Below are positions 1 through 7,683 of a stretch of DNA of 18,729 bases, in pieces. Source of the DNA: Planctomycetota bacterium (GTDB lineage Bacteria; Planctomycetota; UBA1135; UBA2386); contig JADZDL010000266.1 in the NCBI GenBank assembly GCA_020851075.1, positions 1 through 18,729 of the forward strand, read 5' to 3'. The stretch's first letter is position 1, and every line of letters begins with the position of its first letter. The position numbers were made by a program, and so were the translations under genes. The notes under the pieces are model-generated. The model had not been told where the DNA came from, ran no database searches, and saw only the letters and a list, made by a program, of their open reading frames with translations.

Positions 1-1
1 C

Positions 2-1423
2 CTCGAGGTGCGCGCTGGCGAAGTGCACGCGCTCGTCGGTGAAAACGGCGCCGGCAAGTCGACGCTGCTCAAGGTTCTCGCCGGCGTGCACACCGCGGAC
101 TCCGGCTCGATCGAACTCGACGGCGCCCCGTTCTCCCCCACGGATCCCGCCCACGCGCGCGCCGCCGGCCTCGCGATCATCCACCAGGAACTGGCCCTAG
201 CACCCCATCTCACGATCGCGGAGAACCTGTTCCTCGGCCGCGAACCACGCCGCGGCCCGTTCGTCGACCGCGCCCGCCTGCACACGATGGCAACCGCAGC
301 CCTCGCCGAGGTCGGCCGCGAGAACCTCGATCCGCGCACGCTGGTCGCCGCGTTGCCCCCCGCCGATCGACAACTCGTCGAGATCGCGCGCGCCCTGGCG
401 CAGGACGTACGTCTGCTCATTCTCGACGAACCCACCTCGAGCCTCGCGCGCGCCGATGTCGAGCCGCTGCTCGCGCGGTTGCGCGCACTCGCTGCGCGCG
501 GCACCGCGGTGGTCTACGTCTCGCACGTGTTTGAAGAACTCTTCGCGGTCGCCGATCGCTACACGGTGCTGCGCGATGGCGCCACGGTCGCCACTGGCAC
601 GATCGCCGAGACGACGCACGACGCCCTCGTCGCCGCGATGGTCGGGCGCAGCGTCACCGAACTCTATCCGCGCACCAAGAACACGCCCGGCGACGTCGTT
701 CTCGACCTCGACGGCCTTTCTGGGCGCCGCCTGCCACAAGGCGCCTCGCTACAACTGCGCCGCGGTGAAGTGCTCGGACTGGCCGGCCTCATCGGCGCCG
801 GCCGCACCGAACTGCTGCGCGCGGTCTTCGGACTCGACCCCGTGCTCGCCGGCCGCGTGCGCGTGGTCGCCACCGAAGGCCCACTCGACCCCGCGCAGAA
901 CTGGCAGCACGGCACGGGCCTGCTCAGCGAAGACCGCAAGGGCGAAGGGCTGCTGCTCGCGCGTTCGCTCGCCGAGAACCTCTGGCTGCCGGTGCTCTCA
1001 CGCCGCGCCCGACATGGCTGGTTGTCCCCACACCAGCTCGAACGCTCCGCCATCCCCTGGTTGCAGCGTTTCGCGGTGCGCTGCTCCGGCAGCGACCAGG
1101 CAATCGGCCAGCTCTCCGGCGGCAACCAACAGAAGGTGGCACTCGCTCGCCTGCTCGCCGCCGACGCCGAGGTGCTGCTGCTCGACGAACCAACACGCGG
1201 CGTCGACATCGGCGCCAAAGCCGAGATCTACGCGGCGATCGACCAACTCGCGCACCGGCAAGGCAAAGCCGTGCTCGTGGTCTCGAGCTACCTGCCCGAA
1301 CTGCTCGGCATCGCCGACCGCATCGCCGTGGTCTGCCGCGGCAAGGTCCTGCCCGCGCGCCCCACCACCGAACTCAACGAACACACCTTGCTGGCCGCGA
1401 TGACCACGGGAAGGACCGCATGA
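2..1423 (+). CDS. Sugar ABC transporter ATP-binding protein (CUT2 family, duplicated ABC cassette; RbsA/XylG/MglA-like); 5' end lies outside the window
   Basis: First cassette has Walker A 'GENGAGKST', Walker B 'LLILDEPTS' and sits before 'LSPTDP...'. Second cassette has Walker A 'GLIGAGRTELL', ABC signature 'LSGGNQQKVALAR' and Walker B 'LLLDEPTRGVD'. The tandem duplication within one polypeptide is typical of CUT2 monosaccharide importers. The ORF runs to the window edge, so the N-terminus is missing. Confidence 0.85.
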   Translation, partial: LEVRAGEVHALVGENGAGKSTLLKVLAGVHTADSGSIELDGAPFSPTDPAHARAAGLAIIHQELALAPHLTIAENLFLGREPRRGPFVDRARLHTMATAALAEVGRENLDPRTLVAALPPADRQLVEIARALAQDVRLLILDEPTSSLARADVEPLLARLRALAARGTAVVYVSHVFEELFAVADRYTVLRDGATVATGTIAETTHDALVAAMVGRSVTELYPRTKNTPGDVVLDLDGLSGRRLPQGASLQLRRGEVLGLAGLIGAGRTELLRAVFGLDPVLAGRVRVVATEGPLDPAQNWQHGTGLLSEDRKGEGLLLARSLAENLWLPVLSRRARHGWLSPHQLERSAIPWLQRFAVRCSGSDQAIGQLSGGNQQKVALARLLAADAEVLLLDEPTRGVDIGAKAEIYAAIDQLAHRQGKAVLVVSSYLPELLGIADRIAVVCRGKVLPARPTTELNEHTLLAAMTTGRTA

Positions 1424-2496
1424 ATCTCCGTCGCCTCTGGCGCGCGTTGGGGCCGCTGCTCGGCCTGCTCGCAACCTGGCTCCTGTTCGCATCGCTGGCC
1501 GGCAGTTCGTTCACGAACTGGAACAACACCGAACTCATGCTGCTGCAGACCGCGGTGGTCGGCACGGCGGCCGTCGGGGCGACCTGGATCATCGTCAGCG
1601 GCGGCATCGACCTCTCGGTCGGTTCCTCGATCGCGCTCGCCACGATGGCCGGCGCAAAGACCCTCGCCGCGGGCGGCGGACTCGCGCTCGCAATGCTGGC
1701 CACCGTGGCAACCGGCACGGTCATCGGCTGGCTCATCGGCGCCCTCGTGGTCGGCGCGTTGCTGCGCGTGCTCGCGACGCTGCTCGCCGGCGGAGTCGTC
1801 TTCTTGCTCTGCCGTGCTCTCGGCGGCTGGGCCACCCCACTAGCCCTTCTGGCCGCCACCACCGCCTGGTTCGCCAGTCGCCGCCTCACGTGGACGCTGC
1901 CGCTGTCGCCGTTCATCGTCACGCTCGGCCTCTGGGGCACCTTGCGCGGCCTCGCCAAGGGCCTCGGCGACAACCAGCCGATCTACTTCGAACGCAACGA
2001 AACGCTGAGTGGCCTCATGGTCACCGGCGGCCTGCTGCCCACCGGCGTCTGGGTCCTCCTAGCCGTCGCCACAATCGCCGCCCTGCTGCTGCAGCGCACC
2101 GTGTTTGGCCGGCGTGTCACCGCCATCGGTTCCAGCCGCCAGACTGCGCGCCTCTGCGGCGTCTCCGTGCCGCGCACCGAACTGCTCGTCTACGTGCTCG
2201 GCTGCACCTGCGCCGGCATCGCCGCCGTGCTGCAACTCTCCTACCTCTCGATGGGCGATCCGACGACTGCGCAGGGTTATGAGCTGAAGGCGATCGCGGC
2301 GGCGGTGATCGGCGGCGCTTCGTTGACTGGCGGCGAGGGCGCAATCTTCGGCACGCTGCTCGGCGCGTTCATCATGACGGTGGTCGACAACGGGTGTACG
2401 AAGCTGGGCCTCGACAACTGGGTCCAGGAAGTGGTGACCGGCGGCATCATCGTTGCCGCGGTGGCTCTCGATCGGTTGCGGCAGCGCGGGAACTAG
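1420..2496 (+). CDS. ABC transporter permease (RbsC/XylH-like, BPD_transp_2 family)
   Basis: The ATG overlaps the upstream stop (ATGA at 1420-1423), indicating translational coupling with the ATPase. The 358-aa product is highly hydrophobic with 8-10 predicted TM helices. Its conserved C-terminal region '...AIAAAVIGGASLTGGEGAIFGTLLGAFIMTVVDNG...' is typical of sugar ABC permeases. Confidence 0.8.
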   Translation: MNLRRLWRALGPLLGLLATWLLFASLAGSSFTNWNNTELMLLQTAVVGTAAVGATWIIVSGGIDLSVGSSIALATMAGAKTLAAGGGLALAMLATVATGTVIGWLIGALVVGALLRVLATLLAGGVVFLLCRALGGWATPLALLAATTAWFASRRLTWTLPLSPFIVTLGLWGTLRGLAKGLGDNQPIYFERNETLSGLMVTGGLLPTGVWVLLAVATIAALLLQRTVFGRRVTAIGSSRQTARLCGVSVPRTELLVYVLGCTCAGIAAVLQLSYLSMGDPTTAQGYELKAIAAAVIGGASLTGGEGAIFGTLLGAFIMTVVDNGCTKLGLDNWVQEVVTGGIIVAAVALDRLRQRGN

Positions 2497-2511
2497 CTCC
2501 CCGCCGCCGGC

Positions 2512-4299
2512 TCAATCCAGCTCGAACACTGGCCCGACGGGCCGAAACGGCAATCGTCTGCCGCCGATCAGCACGAACGCGTGGGACCGCGGGACCGAGA
2601 GCACTTCGCACATGCCGTCGGTGAGGATCAGGATGGGCCCATCGGGCGGAAACGTGTCGCTGTGCACGAGCAAGTCGATGCCGGGCTGCAGTCGAGTCCC
2701 GCCTCGCCCTTGCACCTTCAGGCGATCCGCGATCGCCATCGGATCCAGGTATCCAGCGTCATACGGCACCGCATCGTTGTAGACGACGCGCACGCGCGGC
2801 ACCGAGTGGCTGTCGGCGTAGGACGCAATCGCGCCGAGAGCCTTGCCCAGTTGCCGCACATCCATCGAACTCGAGGTGTCGAGCACCACACCAAACGTCC
2901 GGGCGCGCTGCAGATCCAACGGCGTCACATAACGCGGCCTCGGAATCTCCGGCGTGCTCGCCTGCCGCCGACTCGGCCGCGCGTAGGTGCGACGTTGCTC
3001 GATCGCCGGAAACCACGCGTCGAACCACTGCGCGAGCTTCACATCCCACGGAATTACCGGTTGCTGCAGCGCACGGATCTCTTCGATCAACCCTGCAGGA
3101 AGCAACCCACGCCCCTCGGTGTACAGATCGAGGCCGCGCGCGAGGCACGATCGGTAGAACGCGTCGAGATCCGTGAAGTCCCCAGGCCGACGCAACCCTC
3201 CTTCGATCATGTCGCCGAGCTGGCCACCGCGCAGGGTCAACAACTTGCGCGCGCGGCGCAGGTCCTTGGCAAGGCGATCGTAGATCTCTTCCGCACTCTG
3301 CCCGGCCAGCGCCGGATCGTGCAGCATGCCAAACGATGGTGGTGCGCCAACTCGCATCTCGAGCAACCACCCATTGATGACGAAGTCACACGCGATATTC
3401 CACAGATACGGATCGCGTCCACGCCGCCGATCGAGGTGGCGAAGGCCCACGTGCAGGTATTCGTGGGCGAGCACGAACTTCGCCTGTTCGAGCTGCAGGC
3501 CAGCGCGCGGACTCACGTAGACGACCTGCGCAACCTCGTCGATGGCGGCCACGGCGATATCAAACCGCGAACAGAGTTCGGGATCCTCGACGAGTTCGAA
3601 CGAGCGCGCGAGCGCCCCGAGCAACGGGTAGCTGCTGAGAAACCACTGCCTGGCCTGCATCGCGACGGACATCGTCGGAGCACCATCAAGCAACGATTTG
3701 CGCACCCCACCCGCCATGTCGACGGCGCTGCGCACCGCAGCGCGCAGACCCTGCGCAAACAGGGCCGCCCAATCGACCAGCACGCCCCGGGAGTCCTTGC
3801 GTGGACCATCGACGATCATGTCGGCGTGCCCGGGCGCCGTGGAAAGCCCCGTGATTGCCGACGGAATGCCATCGCGCCCGAACAACTCGTACAGTCGTTC
3901 TTCGTCGCGCGCCGTCGGCTGCTCAGGCAATTGGGCCGTCGCCGGCAGACGCCCGATCCCAAGCCCCTTCACGAAACGGGCAACGATCAGATCACAAGCC
4001 GCATTCCACGCGCGTGGGTTGTCGCGCACCTGGAAGTGACCAAACGCGAAGTGCAGCGTGCAGTGCGCGAGCACCCACAACCACTCGTCGGTCTCGGCGC
4101 GGCGTTTCGGGTGCAGCCAGATGCTGCCGCTCTGCGCCGCCACGGCCCAGCCGTCTTCGGGGCAGCGCCGGTCGCGATGAATGCCCAACTGGATCGCAAG
4201 CGGTCCAAACAACGGGTGGTTGCGCAAGGTGGCGATTGCCGCGCCGAGTCGCGCCTCGGCTTCGCGGCCCGCTTCGTCTCCACTGCGCTTACTTGCCAT
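2512..4299 (-). CDS. vWA-domain protein with two tandem DUF2201-like putative metallopeptidase modules (MoxR partner; 'VWA + metallopeptidase' family)
   Basis: The C-terminus has a vWA/MIDAS motif 'VVLDTSSSM' (DxSxS), followed by 'GGTRLQ' and 'LILTDG'. Two repeated modules are present, each of the form 'VLAHxxLH...WN(A/I)ACD(L/F)(I/V)'. The second module has a canonical HExxH ('HEYLH', 3451-3465). The first has 'HCTLH' (4051-4065). The ATG at 4297-4299 lies 5 nt downstream of the MoxR stop. The longer ORF start at 4371 would overlap MoxR by 83 nt. Confidence 0.8.
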   Translation of the reverse strand: MASKRSGDEAGREAEARLGAAIATLRNHPLFGPLAIQLGIHRDRRCPEDGWAVAAQSGSIWLHPKRRAETDEWLWVLAHCTLHFAFGHFQVRDNPRAWNAACDLIVARFVKGLGIGRLPATAQLPEQPTARDEERLYELFGRDGIPSAITGLSTAPGHADMIVDGPRKDSRGVLVDWAALFAQGLRAAVRSAVDMAGGVRKSLLDGAPTMSVAMQARQWFLSSYPLLGALARSFELVEDPELCSRFDIAVAAIDEVAQVVYVSPRAGLQLEQAKFVLAHEYLHVGLRHLDRRRGRDPYLWNIACDFVINGWLLEMRVGAPPSFGMLHDPALAGQSAEEIYDRLAKDLRRARKLLTLRGGQLGDMIEGGLRRPGDFTDLDAFYRSCLARGLDLYTEGRGLLPAGLIEEIRALQQPVIPWDVKLAQWFDAWFPAIEQRRTYARPSRRQASTPEIPRPRYVTPLDLQRARTFGVVLDTSSSMDVRQLGKALGAIASYADSHSVPRVRVVYNDAVPYDAGYLDPMAIADRLKVQGRGGTRLQPGIDLLVHSDTFPPDGPILILTDGMCEVLSVPRSHAFVLIGGRRLPFRPVGPVFELD

Positions 4300-5353
4300 C
4301 GCGCCGCTCCACGAGGCGCGGCAGGTCGCGCACGACCTCACGCAGCAACCACGCGGGCAGGTCCTTGCCACTACTCTGGTCCGCTACGACTACCTGCGCA
4401 ATCTCGAGGCTGATCGCAGCGAGCTGTTCGAGCAGGGCCTTCGCGCGATGCGCCATCTGGCGCTGCGCCCCACTCACGACACTCTCATCGGCCGGCAATT
4501 CGCGCACGACATGCGAACGAAACGCCTGGGCCAGGAAGTACAGCAGGTCGCGATCCTCCGCGCGCCCCGGCCAGCCGATCTCGCCATCGAGAATCGACTG
4601 CAACCGATGCCGGCCGCGCAACTGCTTCAAGAAGCCGAGGAACTGGCTCGCATGCGCCGGCGTCAGGCAACCGTACGCGAGCGCCTCGAGCGGCCGGCCC
4701 GTGACTTCGAGGCCGAACTCATGCAGGGCATCGCTGAGCATGTGCCACGAACGCGGCGTCGAGAACGGCTCTTCGTGCTTGGGCGGCTTGCTCCACAGGT
4801 GTTCGGGCCGCAGTTCGATGTACTCGAGCACCCACGCATGGATGCCACTCTCCCGCGCCCAGACCAGCCAATCCGTCACCGAGACGCGCAGGTGCACGTG
4901 CACCATACGATTGATCAGCGCCGACGACATGGTGCGCACGATGGCACTGTCCTGCGCCCGGTTGCCTGCCCCGATCACGATCGACCCTTTGGGCAGGTGG
5001 TATTCGCCGATGCGGTGTTCGTGGATCAGGCTGTAGAACGCCTTCTGCACCTCGTGACTGCACGCGTTGAGTTCGTCGAGAAACAGGCAGTACGGCTCTT
5101 CCCGCGCAATCGAGACCGGTGGGCAGAAGCGACTCTTGCCACCTTCGATCTGCGGCACGCCGATCAGGTCTTCGGGGGCCAACTGACTGCCGAGCAGCGA
5201 CACACACGGGATGCCAAGCTGTTCGGCAAAACGCGCCACGAGGGCCGACTTACCGATGCCCGGCGCGCCCCAGAGGAAGACGGGACGGACGACGGCGACC
5301 TCGAGCAAGAATGCAAATAGCTCGCTTTGGGAAAGGGTGATCGGGTCGTTCAT
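4289..5353 (-). CDS. MoxR-like AAA+ ATPase (AAA_5 family)
   Basis: Walker A 'LWGAPGIGKSAL' and Walker B 'CLFLDELN' are present, with a single AAA+ module of about 350 aa. It sits immediately upstream of a vWA-protein gene, the canonical MoxR-vWA pairing (RavA-ViaA, CbbQ-CbbO and NorQ-NorD-like). Start was chosen at the ATG at 5351-5353 ('MNDPITLSQ...'), about 30 aa before the P-loop. An in-frame GTG at 5416 is an alternative start. Confidence 0.8.
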   Translation of the reverse strand: MNDPITLSQSELFAFLLEVAVVRPVFLWGAPGIGKSALVARFAEQLGIPCVSLLGSQLAPEDLIGVPQIEGGKSRFCPPVSIAREEPYCLFLDELNACSHEVQKAFYSLIHEHRIGEYHLPKGSIVIGAGNRAQDSAIVRTMSSALINRMVHVHLRVSVTDWLVWARESGIHAWVLEYIELRPEHLWSKPPKHEEPFSTPRSWHMLSDALHEFGLEVTGRPLEALAYGCLTPAHASQFLGFLKQLRGRHRLQSILDGEIGWPGRAEDRDLLYFLAQAFRSHVVRELPADESVVSGAQRQMAHRAKALLEQLAAISLEIAQVVVADQSSGKDLPAWLLREVVRDLPRLVERRDGK

Positions 5354-5434
5354 CGGCTGGTAGTCATCGGCGGGTAGGTTGCACGATAAGGGCCTAGAAT
5401 GCCACGGGGGGGCCACCGGGAGCCACCCACTCGA

Positions 5435-5989
5435 CTACGCCAACTCCTCCCCCCGCTCCACCATCACTCGAAGCCGCAGCCGACACAACCGCAGGTGCGC
5501 CTCGACATCGCGCGGCCGCACCCAATCAAACCCGATGCGCTCCCAATCCGGATCGTCGGGATCGAGCCCGATCTCGCGGATCGCGTCGTGCACCGTGATG
5601 AAGAACTGCTTGCGGTACGGCAACAGGTAGCCGCCCTCGTCACGCAACGACGCCGCAGCTTCCTCATAGCCCGCAAACCACCGGTTCAGATACGGCGCCA
5701 TGCGATCGCTGTGCATCGTCACCGAACGCAACCCAGGCAGACACGACTCCAGCACCGCCGCCCACGACACAAAACCGTGCGCCAATGCGACCACCGCCAG
5801 AGCATCGGCGCGCGATACCAGGGCCGTCCCGTCGATGAGTTCCTCGAGCGAAGCCGACGCGAAGTGCGCCAACTGCGCAAACTGCACCGCCGCCGCGCGC
5901 GCGAGGTGCACGTCGCCGGACTTGAGGTCGCGCTGCAAGGCGCGCGCTTCCTGCCGGCAGCGGTCGACAAACCCCTCGTCGTCCTTCAT
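5435..5989 (-). CDS. Hypothetical protein (184 aa), no recognisable motif
   Basis: The ORF 'MKDDEGFVDRCRQEARAL...VMVERGEELA' has its ATG at 5987-5989, overlapping the YkgJ stop by 4 nt (ATGA). Codon usage matches its neighbours. I recognise no family, and it contains no TM segment or signal peptide. Confidence 0.55.
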   Translation of the reverse strand: MKDDEGFVDRCRQEARALQRDLKSGDVHLARAAAVQFAQLAHFASASLEELIDGTALVSRADALAVVALAHGFVSWAAVLESCLPGLRSVTMHSDRMAPYLNRWFAGYEEAAASLRDEGGYLLPYRKQFFITVHDAIREIGLDPDDPDWERIGFDWVRPRDVEAHLRLCRLRLRVMVERGEELA

Positions 5990-6378
5990 GCGGGATCCAG
6001 CCTTCCTGCGGGATCCAGCGGCTCGATGCCAGGACACGTGCGCTGCACCAGACGCAGCAGTTCGGGATCGCGGAGCACCTCGGGCCAGAACGGCCACTCG
6101 CGGCACTTCGCGGGCCGCACCGTATAGATCCCGCAGCTCGCTTCGGCGCCGTCCTGCAGGAACACGCAGCGGTTGCCAAACCCGTCCTTGAGCCGCACCC
6201 CATCGGGCTGCAGGTAACGACTCGCGAAGGCTTCCTCCGACAGGCCGAGTAACGCGGCGATCGCGGCCTTCTCGGCGGAGGTCACGCGCACAATGCCGCC
6301 CGGGATCGAACAACAATTGCCCGACCGACGGCACGTAAAGCGGAACGGGTACCCAGGCTGCGTATCCGCCACGTTCAC
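5986..6378 (-). CDS. YkgJ-family protein (CxxCxxCC zinc/iron-chelating domain, UPF0153)
   Basis: The N-terminal motif 'FTCRRSGNCCSIPGG' (C-x4-C-C, GxV) and later Cys residues ('GNRCVF', 'CGIY', 'AKCREW') are typical of the YkgJ/FliB-like Fe-S/Zn family. The GTG start at 6376-6378 overlaps the kinase stop (GTGA). The stop at 5986-5988 overlaps the next gene's ATG. Confidence 0.65.
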   Translation of the reverse strand: MNVADTQPGYPFRFTCRRSGNCCSIPGGIVRVTSAEKAAIAALLGLSEEAFASRYLQPDGVRLKDGFGNRCVFLQDGAEASCGIYTVRPAKCREWPFWPEVLRDPELLRLVQRTCPGIEPLDPAGRLDPA

Positions 6379-7469
6379 CGCCGACGGCGCCGGCTCCGCC
6401 GGTCGAACATGCCACCACTGCGCCCCAGCGGAGACCGCGCGCCACCGAGCTTCGGCTTGTCGCGCTGCTGCTGTTCTTCGAGTTCGCGCTGGTGGCGTAC
6501 CTGCTGCAGGAACGCCTCGACCTCGCGCTGCAGTTGTTTCGGATCCTGGAACCGCATCTCCGGATCCTTCGCCATCATCTTCTCGAGGAAGTAGTGCAGC
6601 TGCGGCGACAGGTGCAAGGCGCGAATGCGTTCGCCGGACAGCGACTCGAGCACCTGCTTGGCGAGCACTTCCTCACTCGTCTTGCCTTCAAACGGCAACG
6701 AGCCCGTCGTCAGGTGGTAGAGCGTCGCGCCGAGCGCGTAGATGTCGGCGCGCACGTCGAGCTGGTGGCTGCCGCGGGCCTGCTCGGGCGCGATGTAGTG
6801 CACCGTGCCCGCCGTCGTCTCGCCCGTGCCCTGGTCGTTCTGCGCCATCGCGAACCCGAGGTCGATGAGCACCGCGCCGCGCTCCTCGGACCACAGGATG
6901 TTGCCGGGTTTGACGTCGCGGTGCACGAGACCCCGTTCGTGCATCACATCGAGCGCGCTGGCGACCTCGACCGTGATCTCGAGCGCGGTCTCCTCGTCCA
7001 GGCGGCCTTCCTCGGCGAGCACGTCCTGCAGGCAGCGCCCGGGCACCTGCTCCATCGCGAAGAAGATCGTCTCCCCCTCCTTGGCGACGCGCAGCCCCTT
7101 CACGAGGTGCGGGTGTGCGAGGTCCATGAGCAGGCGCGCTTCCTTGACGAAACGTTCGGCCTGGGCCGGGTCCTTGGCGAGCTCGGGCCGCAGCACCTTC
7201 AGCGCGATCGGCGTGTTCGGCGCATCCTTGGCTCGATCCTTGGCGGCGAACACACGCCCAACCCCGCCTTCGCCGAGCAGCTCGCCCACTTCGTAGCGGC
7301 TGAGAACGGGCCGCGTGCCACCTTCATTGCGCGACCACTGCTCCCACTGCTGCGCCGTGCAGTGCCCGCGTTTCACGAGGAATGATCCGGCCGCACCGGA
7401 CAACATCGCTTCGCGCGCGAGTTCGGCGGGCACGAGGCCGCGATGCACGAGGATCGCCAGCAGCTTCAT
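6375..7469 (-). CDS. Hanks-type Ser/Thr protein kinase with N-terminal GspE-N/MshEN-like segment
   Basis: Kinase motifs are present: Gly-loop 'GEGGVGRV', 'IALKVL' (VAIK Lys), catalytic loop 'HRDVKPGNIL', 'DLGFA' (a DFG variant) and 'GTVHYIAPE'. The N-terminal ~45 aa ('KLLAILVHRGLVPAELAREAMLS...FLVKRGHCTAQQWEQW') resemble the tandem motifs of T2SSE_N/MshEN domains. Start taken as the ATG at 7467-7469. An in-frame GTG at 7481 is an alternative. Confidence 0.85.
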   Translation of the reverse strand: MKLLAILVHRGLVPAELAREAMLSGAAGSFLVKRGHCTAQQWEQWSRNEGGTRPVLSRYEVGELLGEGGVGRVFAAKDRAKDAPNTPIALKVLRPELAKDPAQAERFVKEARLLMDLAHPHLVKGLRVAKEGETIFFAMEQVPGRCLQDVLAEEGRLDEETALEITVEVASALDVMHERGLVHRDVKPGNILWSEERGAVLIDLGFAMAQNDQGTGETTAGTVHYIAPEQARGSHQLDVRADIYALGATLYHLTTGSLPFEGKTSEEVLAKQVLESLSGERIRALHLSPQLHYFLEKMMAKDPEMRFQDPKQLQREVEAFLQQVRHQRELEEQQQRDKPKLGGARSPLGRSGGMFDRRSRRRRR

Positions 7470-7683
7470 GTCCGGATTCACGTGGTTACAGGCTCTGTAG
7501 GTCCAACGACTTCGGGGGTTTCACGCACCAAGCGTCAAGTCATAACACGGATGCACCCGAAAAGGAGCGCAACCGAACCAGGCAACAAGGCACGACTTGA
7601 AGCACCCAGGAGCTGCGTTCGTCATCAAGTACTTCGACTTGATCGACGAGTTCATCAAAGTACGCTGCTGCTCGGAGGAGCTG
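7470..7683. promoter_or_regulatory. Divergent intergenic region between the kinase operon (-) and the Clp-D2-like gene (+); presumed promoters for both
   Basis: This ~200-bp non-coding stretch has locally reduced GC compared with its flanks. It contains an inverted repeat 'atcaagtacttcgacttgat' at 7627-7646. A Shine-Dalgarno 'ggagga' at 7674-7679 precedes the ATG at 7684. No consensus -35/-10 could be assigned with confidence. Confidence 0.4.

Noticed and set aside
456-1403. 315-aa alternative-frame ORF inside the ABC ATPase gene
   Set aside because: Its low-complexity Ser/Pro/Ala/Cys-rich product overlaps a frame carrying clear Walker/signature motifs.
2581-4413. 610-aa ORF on + strand antisense to the vWA gene. 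Similar long antisense ORFs occur at 7540-8853(-), 8901-10445(-), 11023-12471(-), 13787-15577(-), 197-739(-) and 998-1492(-).
   Set aside because: Their products are Arg/Ala/Pro/Gly-rich low-complexity strings with no motifs. They overlap strongly supported genes on the opposite strand. In ~70% GC DNA, stop codons are rare in any frame, so these are expected artefacts.
5353-5416. Longer N-terminal extensions of MoxR (GTG 5416), the kinase (GTG 7481), the vWA gene (ATG 4371), the lipoprotein (16216) and the Clp-like gene (TTG 7597)
   Set aside because: These extensions rely on GTG/TTG starts or create large overlaps with upstream genes. They add unstructured Arg/Pro-rich leaders. Internal ATGs give N-termini at the canonical distance from conserved motifs such as P-loop, signal peptide and SD.
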